Assembly: GCA_963781885.1 (NCBI GenBank) | Contig: CAWAHW010000007.1 | Coordinates: 1 to 64,000, forward strand | Reading direction: 5' to 3' | Source of the DNA: an uncultured Spirochaetota bacterium | Lineage (GTDB): Bacteria; Spirochaetota; Spirochaetia; SZUA-6; Fen-1364 | DNA length: 64,000 nt | Shown here: positions 28,013 to 61,729 of the stretch, one piece after another | Layout: every line of letters begins with the position of its first letter | Numbering within the stretch: position 1 is the first letter of the stretch | Made by a program: the position numbers and the translations under genes | The notes under the pieces: model-generated | What the model was told of the DNA's origin: nothing | The model's database searches: none | Seen by the model: only the letters and a program-made list of their open reading frames with translations

Positions 28013-29467
28013 ATGGAACCAAAAGCAGATTTCGGTCTGATCGGTCTTGCCGTCATGGGGCAGAACCTCGTGCTCAACATCAACGACAAGGGCTACGCCG
28101 TGGCGGTCTTCAACCGCACGGTGGCCACCGTGGACGAGTTTCTCCGCGACGCGGCAAAGGGCCGCACGACCGTCTACGGCGCGCATTCCATCGAGGAGCT
28201 TGCCGCGAATCTGAAAAGGCCCCGGCGCGTCATGCTTCTGGTGAAGGCAGGCGACGCCGTGGACCAGATGATCCAGCAGCTCCTGCCTTTTCTGGACAAG
28301 GGGGACTGCATCATCGACGGCGGCAACTCCCACTTCCCCGACACGATCCGGCGAACGAAGCAGCTCGCGGAGAAGGGGATCCTCTTCGTCGGCACCGGCG
28401 TCTCCGGCGGCGAGGAGGGAGCGCGGCATGGACCCTCCATCATGCCGGGTGGAAATCCCGCGGCGTGGCCGCTCGTGAAGGAGATATTCCAGGCAGTGGC
28501 GGCGAAGACCGACGGCGCACCCTGCTGCGACTGGGTGGGGGAGGACGGCGCGGGCCATTTCGTGAAGATGGTCCACAACGGCATCGAGTACGGCGATATG
28601 CAGCTCATCTGCGAGGCCTACCAGTTCATGAAGGACGGGCTGGGCATGAACGCCGCGGAGATGCACGAGGTGTTCGCCGAATGGAACAAGGGCGAGCTCG
28701 ACAGCTACCTCATCGAGATCACGCGCGACATCCTCGCGTTCAAGGACACCGACGGAAGCCCGCTCGTGGAAAAGATACTCGACACGGCCGGCCAGAAGGG
28801 GACCGGCAAATGGACCAGCGTCAGCGCGCTGGACCTCGGCATGCCGGTCACGCTGATCGGCGAGGCGGTTTTCGCCCGGTGTCTTTCCGCCATGAAGGAC
28901 GAGCGCGTGCTCGCCTCGGCCAGCCTCAAGGGTCCGTCGAAAAAGGCGGGCGGCAGCCGGAAGGCGATTGTCGAAGACCTCCGCAAGGCGCTGCTTGCCT
29001 CCAAGATCGTTTCCTACGCGCAGGGCTACATGCTCATGCGCGAGGCAGCCGCGGAATACAGGTGGAATCTCAACTACGGGGGGATCGCGCTCATGTGGCG
29101 CGGAGGCTGCATCATCCGCAGCGCCTTCCTGGGGCACATCAAGGAGGCCTTCGACCGGAACCCCCGGCTCACGAACCTGCTGCTGGACCCCTACTTCCAG
29201 AAGCTCATCCAGGGATGCCAGGAGGCATGGCGTCGGGCGGTCATTGCCGGCGTGGAGCACGGGATTCCCATGCCCGCCTTCGGGACGGCCCTCACCTTCT
29301 ACGACGGGTACCGCAGCGCGCGCCTGCCGGCCAATCTTCTGCAGGCCCAGCGCGACTATTTCGGCGCGCATACCTACGAGCGCCTGGACACCCCCCGCGG
29401 CCAGTTCTTCCATACGAACTGGACGGGCGCGGGCATGGACGTCGCCTCGGGCCAGTACAACGCGTGA
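28013..29467 (+). CDS. gnd: 6-phosphogluconate dehydrogenase (decarboxylating)
   Basis: GLAVMG, VSGGEEGA, KMVHNGIEYGDMQ, QKGTGKW and QAQRDYFGAHTY motifs. Confidence 0.98.
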   Translation: MEPKADFGLIGLAVMGQNLVLNINDKGYAVAVFNRTVATVDEFLRDAAKGRTTVYGAHSIEELAANLKRPRRVMLLVKAGDAVDQMIQQLLPFLDKGDCIIDGGNSHFPDTIRRTKQLAEKGILFVGTGVSGGEEGARHGPSIMPGGNPAAWPLVKEIFQAVAAKTDGAPCCDWVGEDGAGHFVKMVHNGIEYGDMQLICEAYQFMKDGLGMNAAEMHEVFAEWNKGELDSYLIEITRDILAFKDTDGSPLVEKILDTAGQKGTGKWTSVSALDLGMPVTLIGEAVFARCLSAMKDERVLASASLKGPSKKAGGSRKAIVEDLRKALLASKIVSYAQGYMLMREAAAEYRWNLNYGGIALMWRGGCIIRSAFLGHIKEAFDRNPRLTNLLLDPYFQKLIQGCQEAWRRAVIAGVEHGIPMPAFGTALTFYDGYRSARLPANLLQAQRDYFGAHTYERLDTPRGQFFHTNWTGAGMDVASGQYNA

Positions 29468-30090
29468 GTGAGGGTGCGGGCAACGGCGGTTTCGGCGGCG
29501 GCATCTCCGAGGCAGAGCTTGCCCGGCTCGCGCGCGAGCCCGTCTTCAGCGGCATTCCCGACGCGGAGCGAAGGCACCTGGGGGCCATCGCGCGCCGCCA
29601 GACCGTGAAGGGCAGCTCGTTCTTTCTGCGGGAGGGTGACGCTCCAGACCGTGTCGCCTATGTCGGCCGGGGGCTTTTCCGAGTTTTCTTCATCACCGCG
29701 GGGGGTGAGGAGCGCACCATGGCTTTCCGTGGTGTCGGTCGACTCCTTTCCGGCTACACCTCCTCTGTCGAGCGGAGCCCGGCAGCCTACTCCATCCAGG
29801 CGGTCGAGGACGGTGTCCTCTACTGGCTGCCGCTCGCCGCGGTCGACGAGCTGATGAAGCGCCATCGATGCTGGGCGGAGCTTGCCACTCGTTACGCCCA
29901 GCTTCTGTTCATCGAGAAGGAGCGCCGCGAGCGCGAGTTTCTCTCACTCGACGCGGAGGCGCGCTACGCAGCCTTTCTGACGCAGTACCCGGGGTTGGAA
30001 GAACGCATTCCGCAGTACCTCGTCGCCTCTTTCCTGGGAATCAGCCCCGTGACATTGAGCAGGATCAGGAGGAGCTCACTCGGTCCTTAG
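29464..30090 (+). CDS. Crp/Fnr-family transcriptional regulator
   Basis: cNMP-binding-like domain (FLREGD..GLFR) and C-terminal PQYLVASFLGISPVTLSRIR. GTG start overlaps the gnd stop. Confidence 0.9.
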   Translation: MSEGAGNGGFGGGISEAELARLAREPVFSGIPDAERRHLGAIARRQTVKGSSFFLREGDAPDRVAYVGRGLFRVFFITAGGEERTMAFRGVGRLLSGYTSSVERSPAAYSIQAVEDGVLYWLPLAAVDELMKRHRCWAELATRYAQLLFIEKERREREFLSLDAEARYAAFLTQYPGLEERIPQYLVASFLGISPVTLSRIRRSSLGP

Positions 30091-30100
30091 CATTTGTTAA
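30087..30100. promoter_or_regulatory. Putative Crp/Fnr-family operator
   Basis: Imperfect palindrome TTAGCATTTGTTAA at the regulator stop codon, upstream of the next gene. Confidence 0.45.
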
Positions 30101-30157
30101 TGCGCCTGTGCCCGGGAAAAGCGACACTGGCCCATTCGAATGCCAAGGAGGCATCAC

Positions 30158-31144
30158 GTGGGCAGAACTGCTTTTGTCACGGGCGCAACAGGTTTTATAG
30201 GGCTGAATCTTGTGGCGTCACTTCGCGACCAGGGGTGGAGGGTCGTCGGTCTCCACCAGCCGAACATCGATCCGGGTGCGCTGGCGCGGCTGGGCGCGAC
30301 TCCCGTCGCGGGAGACCTGAACGATCCCGTCTCGCTGAGCGGCGCACTGCCGGCGCGCGTCGACGCCGTCTTCCATCTGGCGGCGAACACGAGCGCCTGG
30401 TCGCGCAACAACGCCGCCCAGTACCACGACAACGTGGATGGCACCCGGCATCTCGTCGAAGCGCTGCGGCGGGTGGACGTCGGCCGTTTCATCTTCACGT
30501 CGTCCATCTCCGCCTTCGGCTACCACGACGGCGTCCGCATCGACGAGACCACCCCGTCGAACGCGCTGCGCTGCGGCATGAATTACAACCGCACGAAGTT
30601 TCTCGCTGAGGGCATCGTCAAGGAGGCAGCGCGGCAAGGGCTCTCCGCCGTCATCCTCAATCCCTGCAACATCATCGGCCCCGGCGATACGCGCAACTGG
30701 ACCCGGGAGTACATCCTGCCCGTGTCGCAAGAGAAGCTCCCGGGCATTCCGCCCGGGCGCGCGACCTGGTGTCACGTACGGGACATCGTGGCCGCGCACT
30801 GCGCGGCTGTCGATCAAGGTGAAAGCGGGCAGAACTACCTGCTGGGCGGAACCGAGGCGACCTTTCTCGAGCTCGTCAACGCCATTCAGGACATTCTTGG
30901 CAAGCCACGGTCCACCCGGGTCATGCCGCGTGGGGTGGTTCGCTTCGCCTGCGGGCTCTCCATGGCCAGGTCGCTGTTCGACAGAAAGGAGCCGATGCTC
31001 ACCCCGGAGAAATACCGACGCGCAGTCGGCACGATCATCTGTGATTGCACGAAAGCGGCCCGGGTGCTCGGCTACCGGACGAGCCCGCTTTCATCCATGC
31101 TCGCGGATACCATCGCATGGCTGCGGGCGGAGGGCACCATATGA
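30158..31144 (+). CDS. NAD-dependent epimerase/dehydratase (extended SDR)
   Basis: TGATGFIG, FHLAA and YNRTK motifs. GTG start after AAGGAGG. Confidence 0.9.
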   Translation: MGRTAFVTGATGFIGLNLVASLRDQGWRVVGLHQPNIDPGALARLGATPVAGDLNDPVSLSGALPARVDAVFHLAANTSAWSRNNAAQYHDNVDGTRHLVEALRRVDVGRFIFTSSISAFGYHDGVRIDETTPSNALRCGMNYNRTKFLAEGIVKEAARQGLSAVILNPCNIIGPGDTRNWTREYILPVSQEKLPGIPPGRATWCHVRDIVAAHCAAVDQGESGQNYLLGGTEATFLELVNAIQDILGKPRSTRVMPRGVVRFACGLSMARSLFDRKEPMLTPEKYRRAVGTIICDCTKAARVLGYRTSPLSSMLADTIAWLRAEGTI

Positions 31145-31836
31145 GAAAGCCGCGCAGTCCCGTATCTGGCAGTCTGGCCTGGGTGCCTGTTGCCGACGAG
31201 CCGCTCCATCACGCGCTGTATTCTGACGAGCGCGTTCGCATCTACGAGGCGGTCATTGCACCCGGAGAACGGACAGCCTTCCACCGGCACGACCAGCACA
31301 CGCTCTATACCGTCATCGCCGGTGGCAAAAGCAGTACCGAAGCTTTCCCGGGCGCCTCGGCGGGTGCGTACAGATTCCCGCGTACGACTGGTTTGCCGCA
31401 GTTGCTCGCCTGGGGTTTCACGCGCGCCGTCTTCGGCTGGACGGACCTACCGGACGGCTCGTGGTTCGTCATGCCGGCACACGGCCGGTCGATCGTTCAT
31501 CGTGTGAAGGCTTCCGCCGGAAACCGATCGGCGATGCGGATGCTGGGCATCGAGTTTGCTCCCCCGTCGCCCACCTCAGCGCGGCGGCCCGCAGGGCCCT
31601 CGCCGTTTGGTCGGCCGGACTATGAAGATGAATGGCTGCGCGTCTGGGCGCTTCCGCGTCCTCGGGTCGGCCGGCCTACGTTCGACGGCATCTTCGTGAT
31701 AACCGCGGGGGGGCGCGCCGGGGAGTTCCAGCTCCTCCCGGCCGGGACGGCGCTGCCGGGCAGCGGCGCAAGACGCTGCGAGCCACGGGCTTCTTATGGA
31801 AATGAAATGACCCGTGTCAAAGTTTACCAAATGTAA
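31141..31836 (+). CDS. Cupin-like hypothetical protein
   Basis: IAPGE.T.FHRH and IVHRV motifs; ATGA overlap with the upstream gene. Confidence 0.6.
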   Translation: MRKPRSPVSGSLAWVPVADEPLHHALYSDERVRIYEAVIAPGERTAFHRHDQHTLYTVIAGGKSSTEAFPGASAGAYRFPRTTGLPQLLAWGFTRAVFGWTDLPDGSWFVMPAHGRSIVHRVKASAGNRSAMRMLGIEFAPPSPTSARRPAGPSPFGRPDYEDEWLRVWALPRPRVGRPTFDGIFVITAGGRAGEFQLLPAGTALPGSGARRCEPRASYGNEMTRVKVYQM

Positions 31837-31851
31837 ATTTTAAGGTATACT
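31823..31851 (+). promoter_or_regulatory. Promoter of the TA operon (probably leaderless mRNA)
   Basis: TTTACC-N17-TATACT with the ATG 8 nt downstream and no RBS. Confidence 0.6.
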
Positions 31852-31859
31852 TCTGGTAT

Positions 31860-32090
31860 ATGAAGACTATCACCGTAAAAGAGATGAAGGCGCATTGGGC
31901 GAAGATCGAATCTCAGGTCAAAGCCGGCGAAACCTTCGAGGTGCTTAATAGGGGGAAAGTCGCCGCACAAATTGTTCCTGCCAAACCACGGCAGGTGCTC
32001 CAGTGGCCTGACCATCTCTCCACGGCGTACAGAAACACGGGCAAAAAGGGCTCCGACTTGATACGAGAGCAAAGGGATGGGCGCTTGTGA
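31860..32090 (+). CDS. vapB: Phd/YefM-family antitoxin
   Basis: MKTITVKEMKAH....V.AGE...V..RGK.AA.IVP pattern, 76 aa, GTGA overlap with the PIN gene. Confidence 0.88.
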   Translation: MKTITVKEMKAHWAKIESQVKAGETFEVLNRGKVAAQIVPAKPRQVLQWPDHLSTAYRNTGKKGSDLIREQRDGRL

Positions 32091-32519
32091 TTTACCTGGA
32101 CACGAGCGCCTTCATCAAGTTGTACCTTCATGAGGAAGGCTCCGCCGAAGTGCACGAGCTGGTCACTGCCCAGCACGATCCACTTCCGGCCTGGAACGTG
32201 TTGGAACTGGAGCTTTACAATACACTCCGGTTCAAGATATTTCTTGCCGAAATGAGCGCTGAAGAAATCGACCGGCTCATCGCCACTTACCTCGATAGGA
32301 AAAGAGCCGGCCAGTACTACACCCCCTATCTGGATCCCATCACGCTCCATGAAATGGCACTGCAAATGACGGCCCGGACCCCCGTCATCGGGTGCCGATC
32401 CCTGGACATTCTGCATGTGGCCGCCGCTCGTTCGATCCAGGCGGAGCGTTTCATCACGGCGGACAGGCGGCAAGCAACGCTCGCCGAAAGTGAAGGGCTC
32501 CGCGTCGACGTCGTTCTGA
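32087..32519 (+). CDS. vapC: VapC PIN-domain toxin (reads through into the next gene as assembled)
   Basis: IYLDTSAFIKLY..E.GS, RSLDILHVAAA and FITADRRQ motifs. An out-of-frame TGA lies at 32517-32519. Confidence 0.85.
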
Positions 32520-32545
32520 ACCGGGAACGGAAAAAGGAAGGTGCA

Positions 32546-33439
32546 ATGATGCCCGCAAGAAGAATCGAATCCACCGCGTCGAAGACCGCCGACATGACCT
32601 GCGGGTGTCGGGCCCTGTCCTCGATGGACAAGAATCCGCTTTACAAAGGCGATGACTGGGTGTCCGCACAGCTCCTGCCCCGGAGGATCCAGCTCCTGAC
32701 CCATATCCCTGGCGCCCGCGCGATGCTTACGCGGATGCTCGGTCCGAGGGGCGTCTACGAATGGGTGATCGCGCGTACGCGCTACATCGACGCCGTGATG
32801 AAGAGCGCGCTCGCGGACGGGGTCTCCCAGGTGTTGATCTTCGGCGCCGGCTTCGACAGCCGCGCCATCCGGTTTCAGCGGGAGCTGGCCGATCGAAAGG
32901 TTTTCGAGCTGGACGCGCCCACCACGCAGGCGATGAAGATCAGGCAGCTCAAGAAGCGCGGCGTCGTTCTGCCTCTCGACCTCGTTTTCGTGCCGGTCAA
33001 TTTTGAAAAAGAAAGCGCCGCGGAAAAGCTTGCAGAGGTGGGCTTTTGCAAGGGAGCGAAGACCCTTGCTATTGCCGAAGGCGTGACGCAATACCTCGCG
33101 CCCGCGGCGGCGGAGCAGATGATACGGACCATCGCGGAGCACGTCGGCGTGGGGAGCCGGCTCGTGCTCGACTATGCGCACGCCTCCGTCCTGCGGGGTG
33201 ACGGCACCTCGTACGGCGAACAGAGCATGACCCGCGGGGTGAACGACTTTGGCGAGTCCTGGCAGTTCGGGCTGGATGAGGTCGAGGTCGAGCCGTTCCT
33301 CCGGAGGCACGGCTTCGCAGAGCGCGATCGCAGGAGCCCGCGGCAACTGGAAGAGATGTATTTCCGGGACGTGGAGGGCAGGATCGTCGGTCGCGTGAAT
33401 GGGACCCAGAGCATCGTCTGGGCGGAGAAGAGCCTATAG
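32546..33439 (+). CDS. SAM-dependent methyltransferase (leucine carboxyl methyltransferase-like family)
   Basis: ARTRYID, QVLIFGAGFDSR, FELD.P and AEGVTQYL motifs, with its own AAGGAAGG RBS before ATG 32546. Confidence 0.88.
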   Translation: MMPARRIESTASKTADMTCGCRALSSMDKNPLYKGDDWVSAQLLPRRIQLLTHIPGARAMLTRMLGPRGVYEWVIARTRYIDAVMKSALADGVSQVLIFGAGFDSRAIRFQRELADRKVFELDAPTTQAMKIRQLKKRGVVLPLDLVFVPVNFEKESAAEKLAEVGFCKGAKTLAIAEGVTQYLAPAAAEQMIRTIAEHVGVGSRLVLDYAHASVLRGDGTSYGEQSMTRGVNDFGESWQFGLDEVEVEPFLRRHGFAERDRRSPRQLEEMYFRDVEGRIVGRVNGTQSIVWAEKSL

Positions 33440-33477
33440 GTGCGCAGCTATATTTGAGCGTGACAGCGCAGGCACGC

Positions 33478-34107
33478 CTATCGTTCGGTGTCCACACCCC
33501 TGCGCTTCACTCTTTTTGAGGCACGCACCGCGTCCTCAAAGGCTTTCATGCAGTGTTTTCTTACGGCAGGATCATAGGCCTTAATGGCTTCCTTGGAGAA
33601 CTTTGCCAGATTCCTGCTTATGAGCTCATACACATCGCTTCCGTCTTTGTGCGCAACGTTGGCACCCTGTTCGCGTAATTTGTCAAAGTAGACAGCTGCC
33701 TTGAGCTGCACCAGTGCATGCAAGCCGATGAAGGAAGCCCCCAGCTCCTCATCATACTCTCCGACTTTGCCAGGGTCGGGCATTCCCATGGGCATCTGCC
33801 AATCGTCTTCAGCAAATAAAATGTCGATCGTGACGCCCGTCTTCTTGTCCAAACAGTTTTCCGGTCCATTGCTTGAGATCTCACCCTGCAGCGGCAATAT
33901 TTTGCGCCAAGCTTCCCTATATGTGAGGACGTCTATATCCATTGTGGTTCGCGGATAGCCGTTTCGAATGACCGCCATTCCTCCAACGATACAATAGGTT
34001 AAATGTTTGGCAATGCTGAGGGCGTGGAAGCGGCGGACCACATCCATCAAGGGCGAATCCTTCATGTCTCCGTTGATTTTCAATATTTCGGCCGCTGTCA
34101 TCGGCAT
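33478..34107 (-). CDS. Nucleotidyltransferase of the AbiEii-like / DNA polymerase beta superfamily
   Basis: IVGGMAV...GYPRTTMDIDVL and TIDIL motifs. AAGAAGG RBS and a candidate TTGAGC-N18-TATGGT promoter; visibly more AT-rich than flanking genes. Confidence 0.75.
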   Translation of the reverse strand: MPMTAAEILKINGDMKDSPLMDVVRRFHALSIAKHLTYCIVGGMAVIRNGYPRTTMDIDVLTYREAWRKILPLQGEISSNGPENCLDKKTGVTIDILFAEDDWQMPMGMPDPGKVGEYDEELGASFIGLHALVQLKAAVYFDKLREQGANVAHKDGSDVYELISRNLAKFSKEAIKAYDPAVRKHCMKAFEDAVRASKRVKRRGVDTER

Positions 34108-34196
34108 TCCTTCTTCTGCCTGTCCTTACTTGCCGTATCATCTTACCATAGCATACCGCGTCTTGTGTGCTCAACTTGATCCGATTGATAACCCGT

Positions 34197-58465
<24,269 letters not shown>

Positions 58466-58730
58466 TGACCTGTCGCAAGTATATACCGTATCGGCATTTC
58501 CATGTCGATGTACGCGAAGCCTCAATAAAGGATGCCCTGGCCGCCGAAACATGCTCGGAGCAGCACGGTAAGTACCTATGGAGCAGTACAATAGGCCAAA
58601 CGCGAAAGGTCGGGCTTTTGCCGGCAGCTTATGGTTCGCGCTCGCCTGATTGTTTTTCATCTCCCTCTTTTACGGCGAATGGATCGCTTCAAATACTGAT
58701 CTGCCGAATTGCTGTTGAGAGGGTGGTGTC
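58466..58730 (-). promoter_or_regulatory. CRISPR leader
   Basis: Lies between cas2 and the first repeat. GCGCGAACC...TTCGCG...TTCGCG motifs as seen in type I-C leaders, and a candidate TCGACA-N17-TATATA promoter near the first repeat. Confidence 0.85.
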
Positions 58731-59018
58731 TTAAAAGATCATAGGACCTTCTGGATCGGCGACCTCCTTTGCACCGACATGCTCTACGCGATTGCGCCAA
58801 TTCGCCCCAAGGAAATAGAAGCGAAGACTGTCGTAATGCTCGTCGATAGCTTCCACCAATCGCGCACGCAACACCGCCCACTGGGCTGGATCGAGAAGGC
58901 ACTCAAACACCGAGTACTGAACTCGTCGCCCAAAGCCTTGGCAGATCTTGGCCACCCTGCGAAGCCGGCGTGTTCCATGCTCGTCTTGAGCAACGTCATA
59001 ACTCACCAGTACCATCAT
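58731..59018 (-). CDS. cas2: CRISPR-associated endonuclease Cas2
   Basis: MMVLVSYDV...RRLRRVAKIC..FG.RVQYSVFEC...DSLRFYFLG. Confidence 0.97.
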   Translation of the reverse strand: MMVLVSYDVAQDEHGTRRLRRVAKICQGFGRRVQYSVFECLLDPAQWAVLRARLVEAIDEHYDSLRFYFLGANWRNRVEHVGAKEVADPEGPMIF

Positions 59019-59020
59019 CG

Positions 59021-60052
59021 CTATTTCCAGATGAAAGCCGGATAGCCGTCGATATCGCCCCTGATATGGCGGGCAAGAAGGACGGGTTGGGTTTGAAGAA
59101 CAATACCGACGTGCATCTCCTCGCCAATAAAGGGATGGACTATCGAGTCCTGCTTCCGCTTCTGATAAGCGGACACAACGATTTTCCTCCCCGTTTCTGA
59201 CAGCAGTACAGCCCCAGACTCGGAGATGGTCAGGTCTTTCTGGTCGATCTGCCTGAGGTTGATAAGCGAAAGAACAAGCCGTTCGGCGATGAATGGTCTG
59301 AACTCCTCCATGAGGTCCAGGGCCAGACTCATACGTCCGGGCCTGTCCCTGTGAAGGAAGCCCACAGCGGGATCCAGGCCGCTGGTCTCCAGAGCGGAAC
59401 GGAGGTCGTGATAGAGCATTGTGTAGACAAATGACAGAAGAGCGTTCACGCGATCTAGTGGAGGCCGGCGGTTTCTGTCGTTGAAGGAAAAGTCGGCCTT
59501 CTGGGAAATGATGAGCTCGTTGAATACATCGAAGTAGATCCGGGCAGCGTCTCCCTCGATCCCCCGCAGGCGATCCAGATCCTTCTCCTCCAAAGCCGCA
59601 TCGACTCGCCATTTCAGCTCCTCGATTGCGCGCGATGTCTGCTCAGTCTGCATTTGATCGCCATGGTCTCTGAGGGCGCGAAGAAGGACCGAGCGACAAT
59701 TGGCGATCTTTGCGGCGACGATAGGTCGGGCGATGATCGCCGAACGTCTTGGGTTGTCGGATATGCGGTACTGCTCTCTCCTGAGAAGGACATTACCCGT
59801 CGTAGGACCTTCCACGCGTGCAAGGAATCTGCCGTAGGCACTCATGTAGCTAATGGTGACACCACACCTGGCGCAATGGCCCATGAGCGAAGGACTGATG
59901 AGCGCATCTCCGAAACAGACGACGGAGCCGATGCTGATGATGGGAACGCGCAGCTTGATCTCACCACCCGCCTTCACTGCTATCGCTTCGCCTTCCTTTT
60001 TGAGGTATGCGCCCTGCGTCATGACATACAGGGTGTTAAGCACTCGCTTCAC
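59021..60052 (-). CDS. cas1: CRISPR-associated endonuclease Cas1, type I-C
   Basis: LNTLYV.TQGAYL, GNVLLRREQY, LRGIEG, RNRRPPLD, GFLHRDRPGR and LDLMEEFR motifs; GTG start. Confidence 0.98.
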   Translation of the reverse strand: MKRVLNTLYVMTQGAYLKKEGEAIAVKAGGEIKLRVPIISIGSVVCFGDALISPSLMGHCARCGVTISYMSAYGRFLARVEGPTTGNVLLRREQYRISDNPRRSAIIARPIVAAKIANCRSVLLRALRDHGDQMQTEQTSRAIEELKWRVDAALEEKDLDRLRGIEGDAARIYFDVFNELIISQKADFSFNDRNRRPPLDRVNALLSFVYTMLYHDLRSALETSGLDPAVGFLHRDRPGRMSLALDLMEEFRPFIAERLVLSLINLRQIDQKDLTISESGAVLLSETGRKIVVSAYQKRKQDSIVHPFIGEEMHVGIVLQTQPVLLARHIRGDIDGYPAFIWK

Positions 60053-60681
60053 TCCGAAACCTCCTCCTTGAGCGCGCGGGAGAGATATTGATCGACAGAG
60101 GTCGGCCTGCTGAGCTTCTTCGGCATACAGATGCCTAAGAGGGAACAACGGGGGCATTTCATCACCGCGTAGACCGGTGGCGGTGTTCGGCCTTCCTGGA
60201 CAAACTCATGGAGTCTCGCCGCCGTGCGCCGCGTAAGTTCCCTCAGCGCGGCATCAAACTGAACGGGCTTACGGCGCCTGGTCTTGCCATAGTAGAGCGC
60301 CCCCAGATCAATTACCTCTCCCCGCATTTCTTCAAGGCAGAGTGCCTGAGCACAGAGCTGGACCTCGTCCATGTTTCCGGACTTTGGCTTGCCCCGTTTG
60401 TATTCCACAACAAGGATTGATCCATCAGCACCGTACTCCACCGCATCAGTCTTCCCGGAGAGACCGAGAGCCAGAGAGCGGATCGGCATGCCGAACTCTG
60501 TCTTTTTGGCAGGTCGTGCCTCTCGGGCGCCTGAGTGAGCGCGCGCGTGGAGAAGCTCTCCTTCGATCGTGTAGAGATTCTCCGACCACGCCTGCTCGAT
60601 GTGAATGAGGGCGCACTGCCTCTCGCAGAAGAGGAAGTGCTGGAGTGCTGAAAGGGGAAGGAGATCCTCGTCGGAATACAC
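60049..60681 (-). CDS. cas4: CRISPR-associated exonuclease Cas4
   Basis: LQHFLFCERQCALIH, VEYKRG, QLCAQA.CLEEM and C-x2-C-x5-C Fe-S ligands. Confidence 0.97.
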   Translation of the reverse strand: MYSDEDLLPLSALQHFLFCERQCALIHIEQAWSENLYTIEGELLHARAHSGAREARPAKKTEFGMPIRSLALGLSGKTDAVEYGADGSILVVEYKRGKPKSGNMDEVQLCAQALCLEEMRGEVIDLGALYYGKTRRRKPVQFDAALRELTRRTAARLHEFVQEGRTPPPVYAVMKCPRCSLLGICMPKKLSRPTSVDQYLSRALKEEVSE

Positions 60682-60855
60682 TCACACACCTCCACGATTT
60701 GTGGCGCGGGGCGCCCCCTGCTCTTGGACCCCAGCGCCCCCCGGGGATCCTCTGCAGCAGGGTTCAAGATCGTTCAGTAAATACCAGCAGATGCAGTAGC
60801 CCGCTGCGACTCACTGTGACCGTTCAGCCGCGCCGGTCATTCATCATTGGAGCCA

Positions 60856-61728
60856 TCAGAATCCTTCCATAACCTCTGGCTTTAGGCCGTCGAGGCTCTG
60901 CAACTCATAGGTTCCATCAGGCATTACGGAAAGGCTCCTGTGTACTTTTGCCGATGAATACCGGCCCGCTTTGGAATCGTGCTTCCACCAGAAAACCTTT
61001 AGCACTTCCATCGACCCTTCCGGCCTCGCGGCTGAGGCATCGTTCTCGAACAACTTTGGAAGTACTCCCTTGATGGCCTCTGCGTCGTTGTCGCTGAATC
61101 CAGTTCTTTCTGCGAGCTGCGGATTCATTGAACCGTAGAACACGTACACACCCCGATCGATCCGATGCTTCATTCCCATCGTATCGGAGCCCCGCTTCTT
61201 TCCTTCACCCTCTCCGCTGACGCTCTTGGTAATCTGAGTGCTTGTGACACTGACGGGCTCTACACTGAAAGCCGTCTGAACTGTGACTGGTCCCCGGATG
61301 CCAATGGACACGCCGGCGTCGTCGTCGCTACCAGAGTCTTTCTCTTCCTTCGTGCCTTTTGCCCCCTTGACCGTCTTCGTACCCTTCTTGTACGCAAACA
61401 GTTGACCAAACGCTCTAACGTCGAACCACTTCTCGCAGGCGAGGTGTGCAGTAGCTTCCGTTCCCAGCTTGTTGCCTAAGGCCGCTTCCGCGCGTTGTCG
61501 CAGGCTTTTGGCGTCGTCAGTCTTCCGATCGTCCGACTGAACAAATATTGGCTCACCGGTTTCCATTAGCCGATCTCGCATCTTGCGCTTCAGACAGACG
61601 TCGCTGATTTCCCCGACGCCCTCGTAGTCCGTTCGTGGGCGGTTTCCATTAAGCGGATCACCGTTCGGGTTCGCATTCTTGACCCTGAGGATGACTGCGA
61701 AATCGATTTTGTTTTTAAGTATTGCCAT
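60856..61728 (-). CDS. cas7: Type I-C Cascade backbone Cas7 (Csd2)
   Basis: NANPNGDP..GNRPR, SDVCLKRK.R, FDVRAFG, IRGPV and TMG.KH motifs. Confidence 0.97.
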   Translation of the reverse strand: MAILKNKIDFAVILRVKNANPNGDPLNGNRPRTDYEGVGEISDVCLKRKMRDRLMETGEPIFVQSDDRKTDDAKSLRQRAEAALGNKLGTEATAHLACEKWFDVRAFGQLFAYKKGTKTVKGAKGTKEEKDSGSDDDAGVSIGIRGPVTVQTAFSVEPVSVTSTQITKSVSGEGEGKKRGSDTMGMKHRIDRGVYVFYGSMNPQLAERTGFSDNDAEAIKGVLPKLFENDASAARPEGSMEVLKVFWWKHDSKAGRYSSAKVHRSLSVMPDGTYELQSLDGLKPEVMEGF

Positions 61729-61729
61729 C

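Noticed and set aside
10990-29413. Long antisense ORFs over iclR, ptb, uxaE, pfk, the larA-like gene and gnd
   Set aside because: Shadow ORFs caused by high-GC codon bias opposite well-supported genes.
1-34196. Self-targeting of window genes by array spacers
   Set aside because: None spotted by eye, but this was not exhaustive and needs a computed alignment.
58731-59612. 293-aa extended Cas2 ORF
   Set aside because: The extension overlaps cas1 in another frame; the real cas2 starts at 59018.
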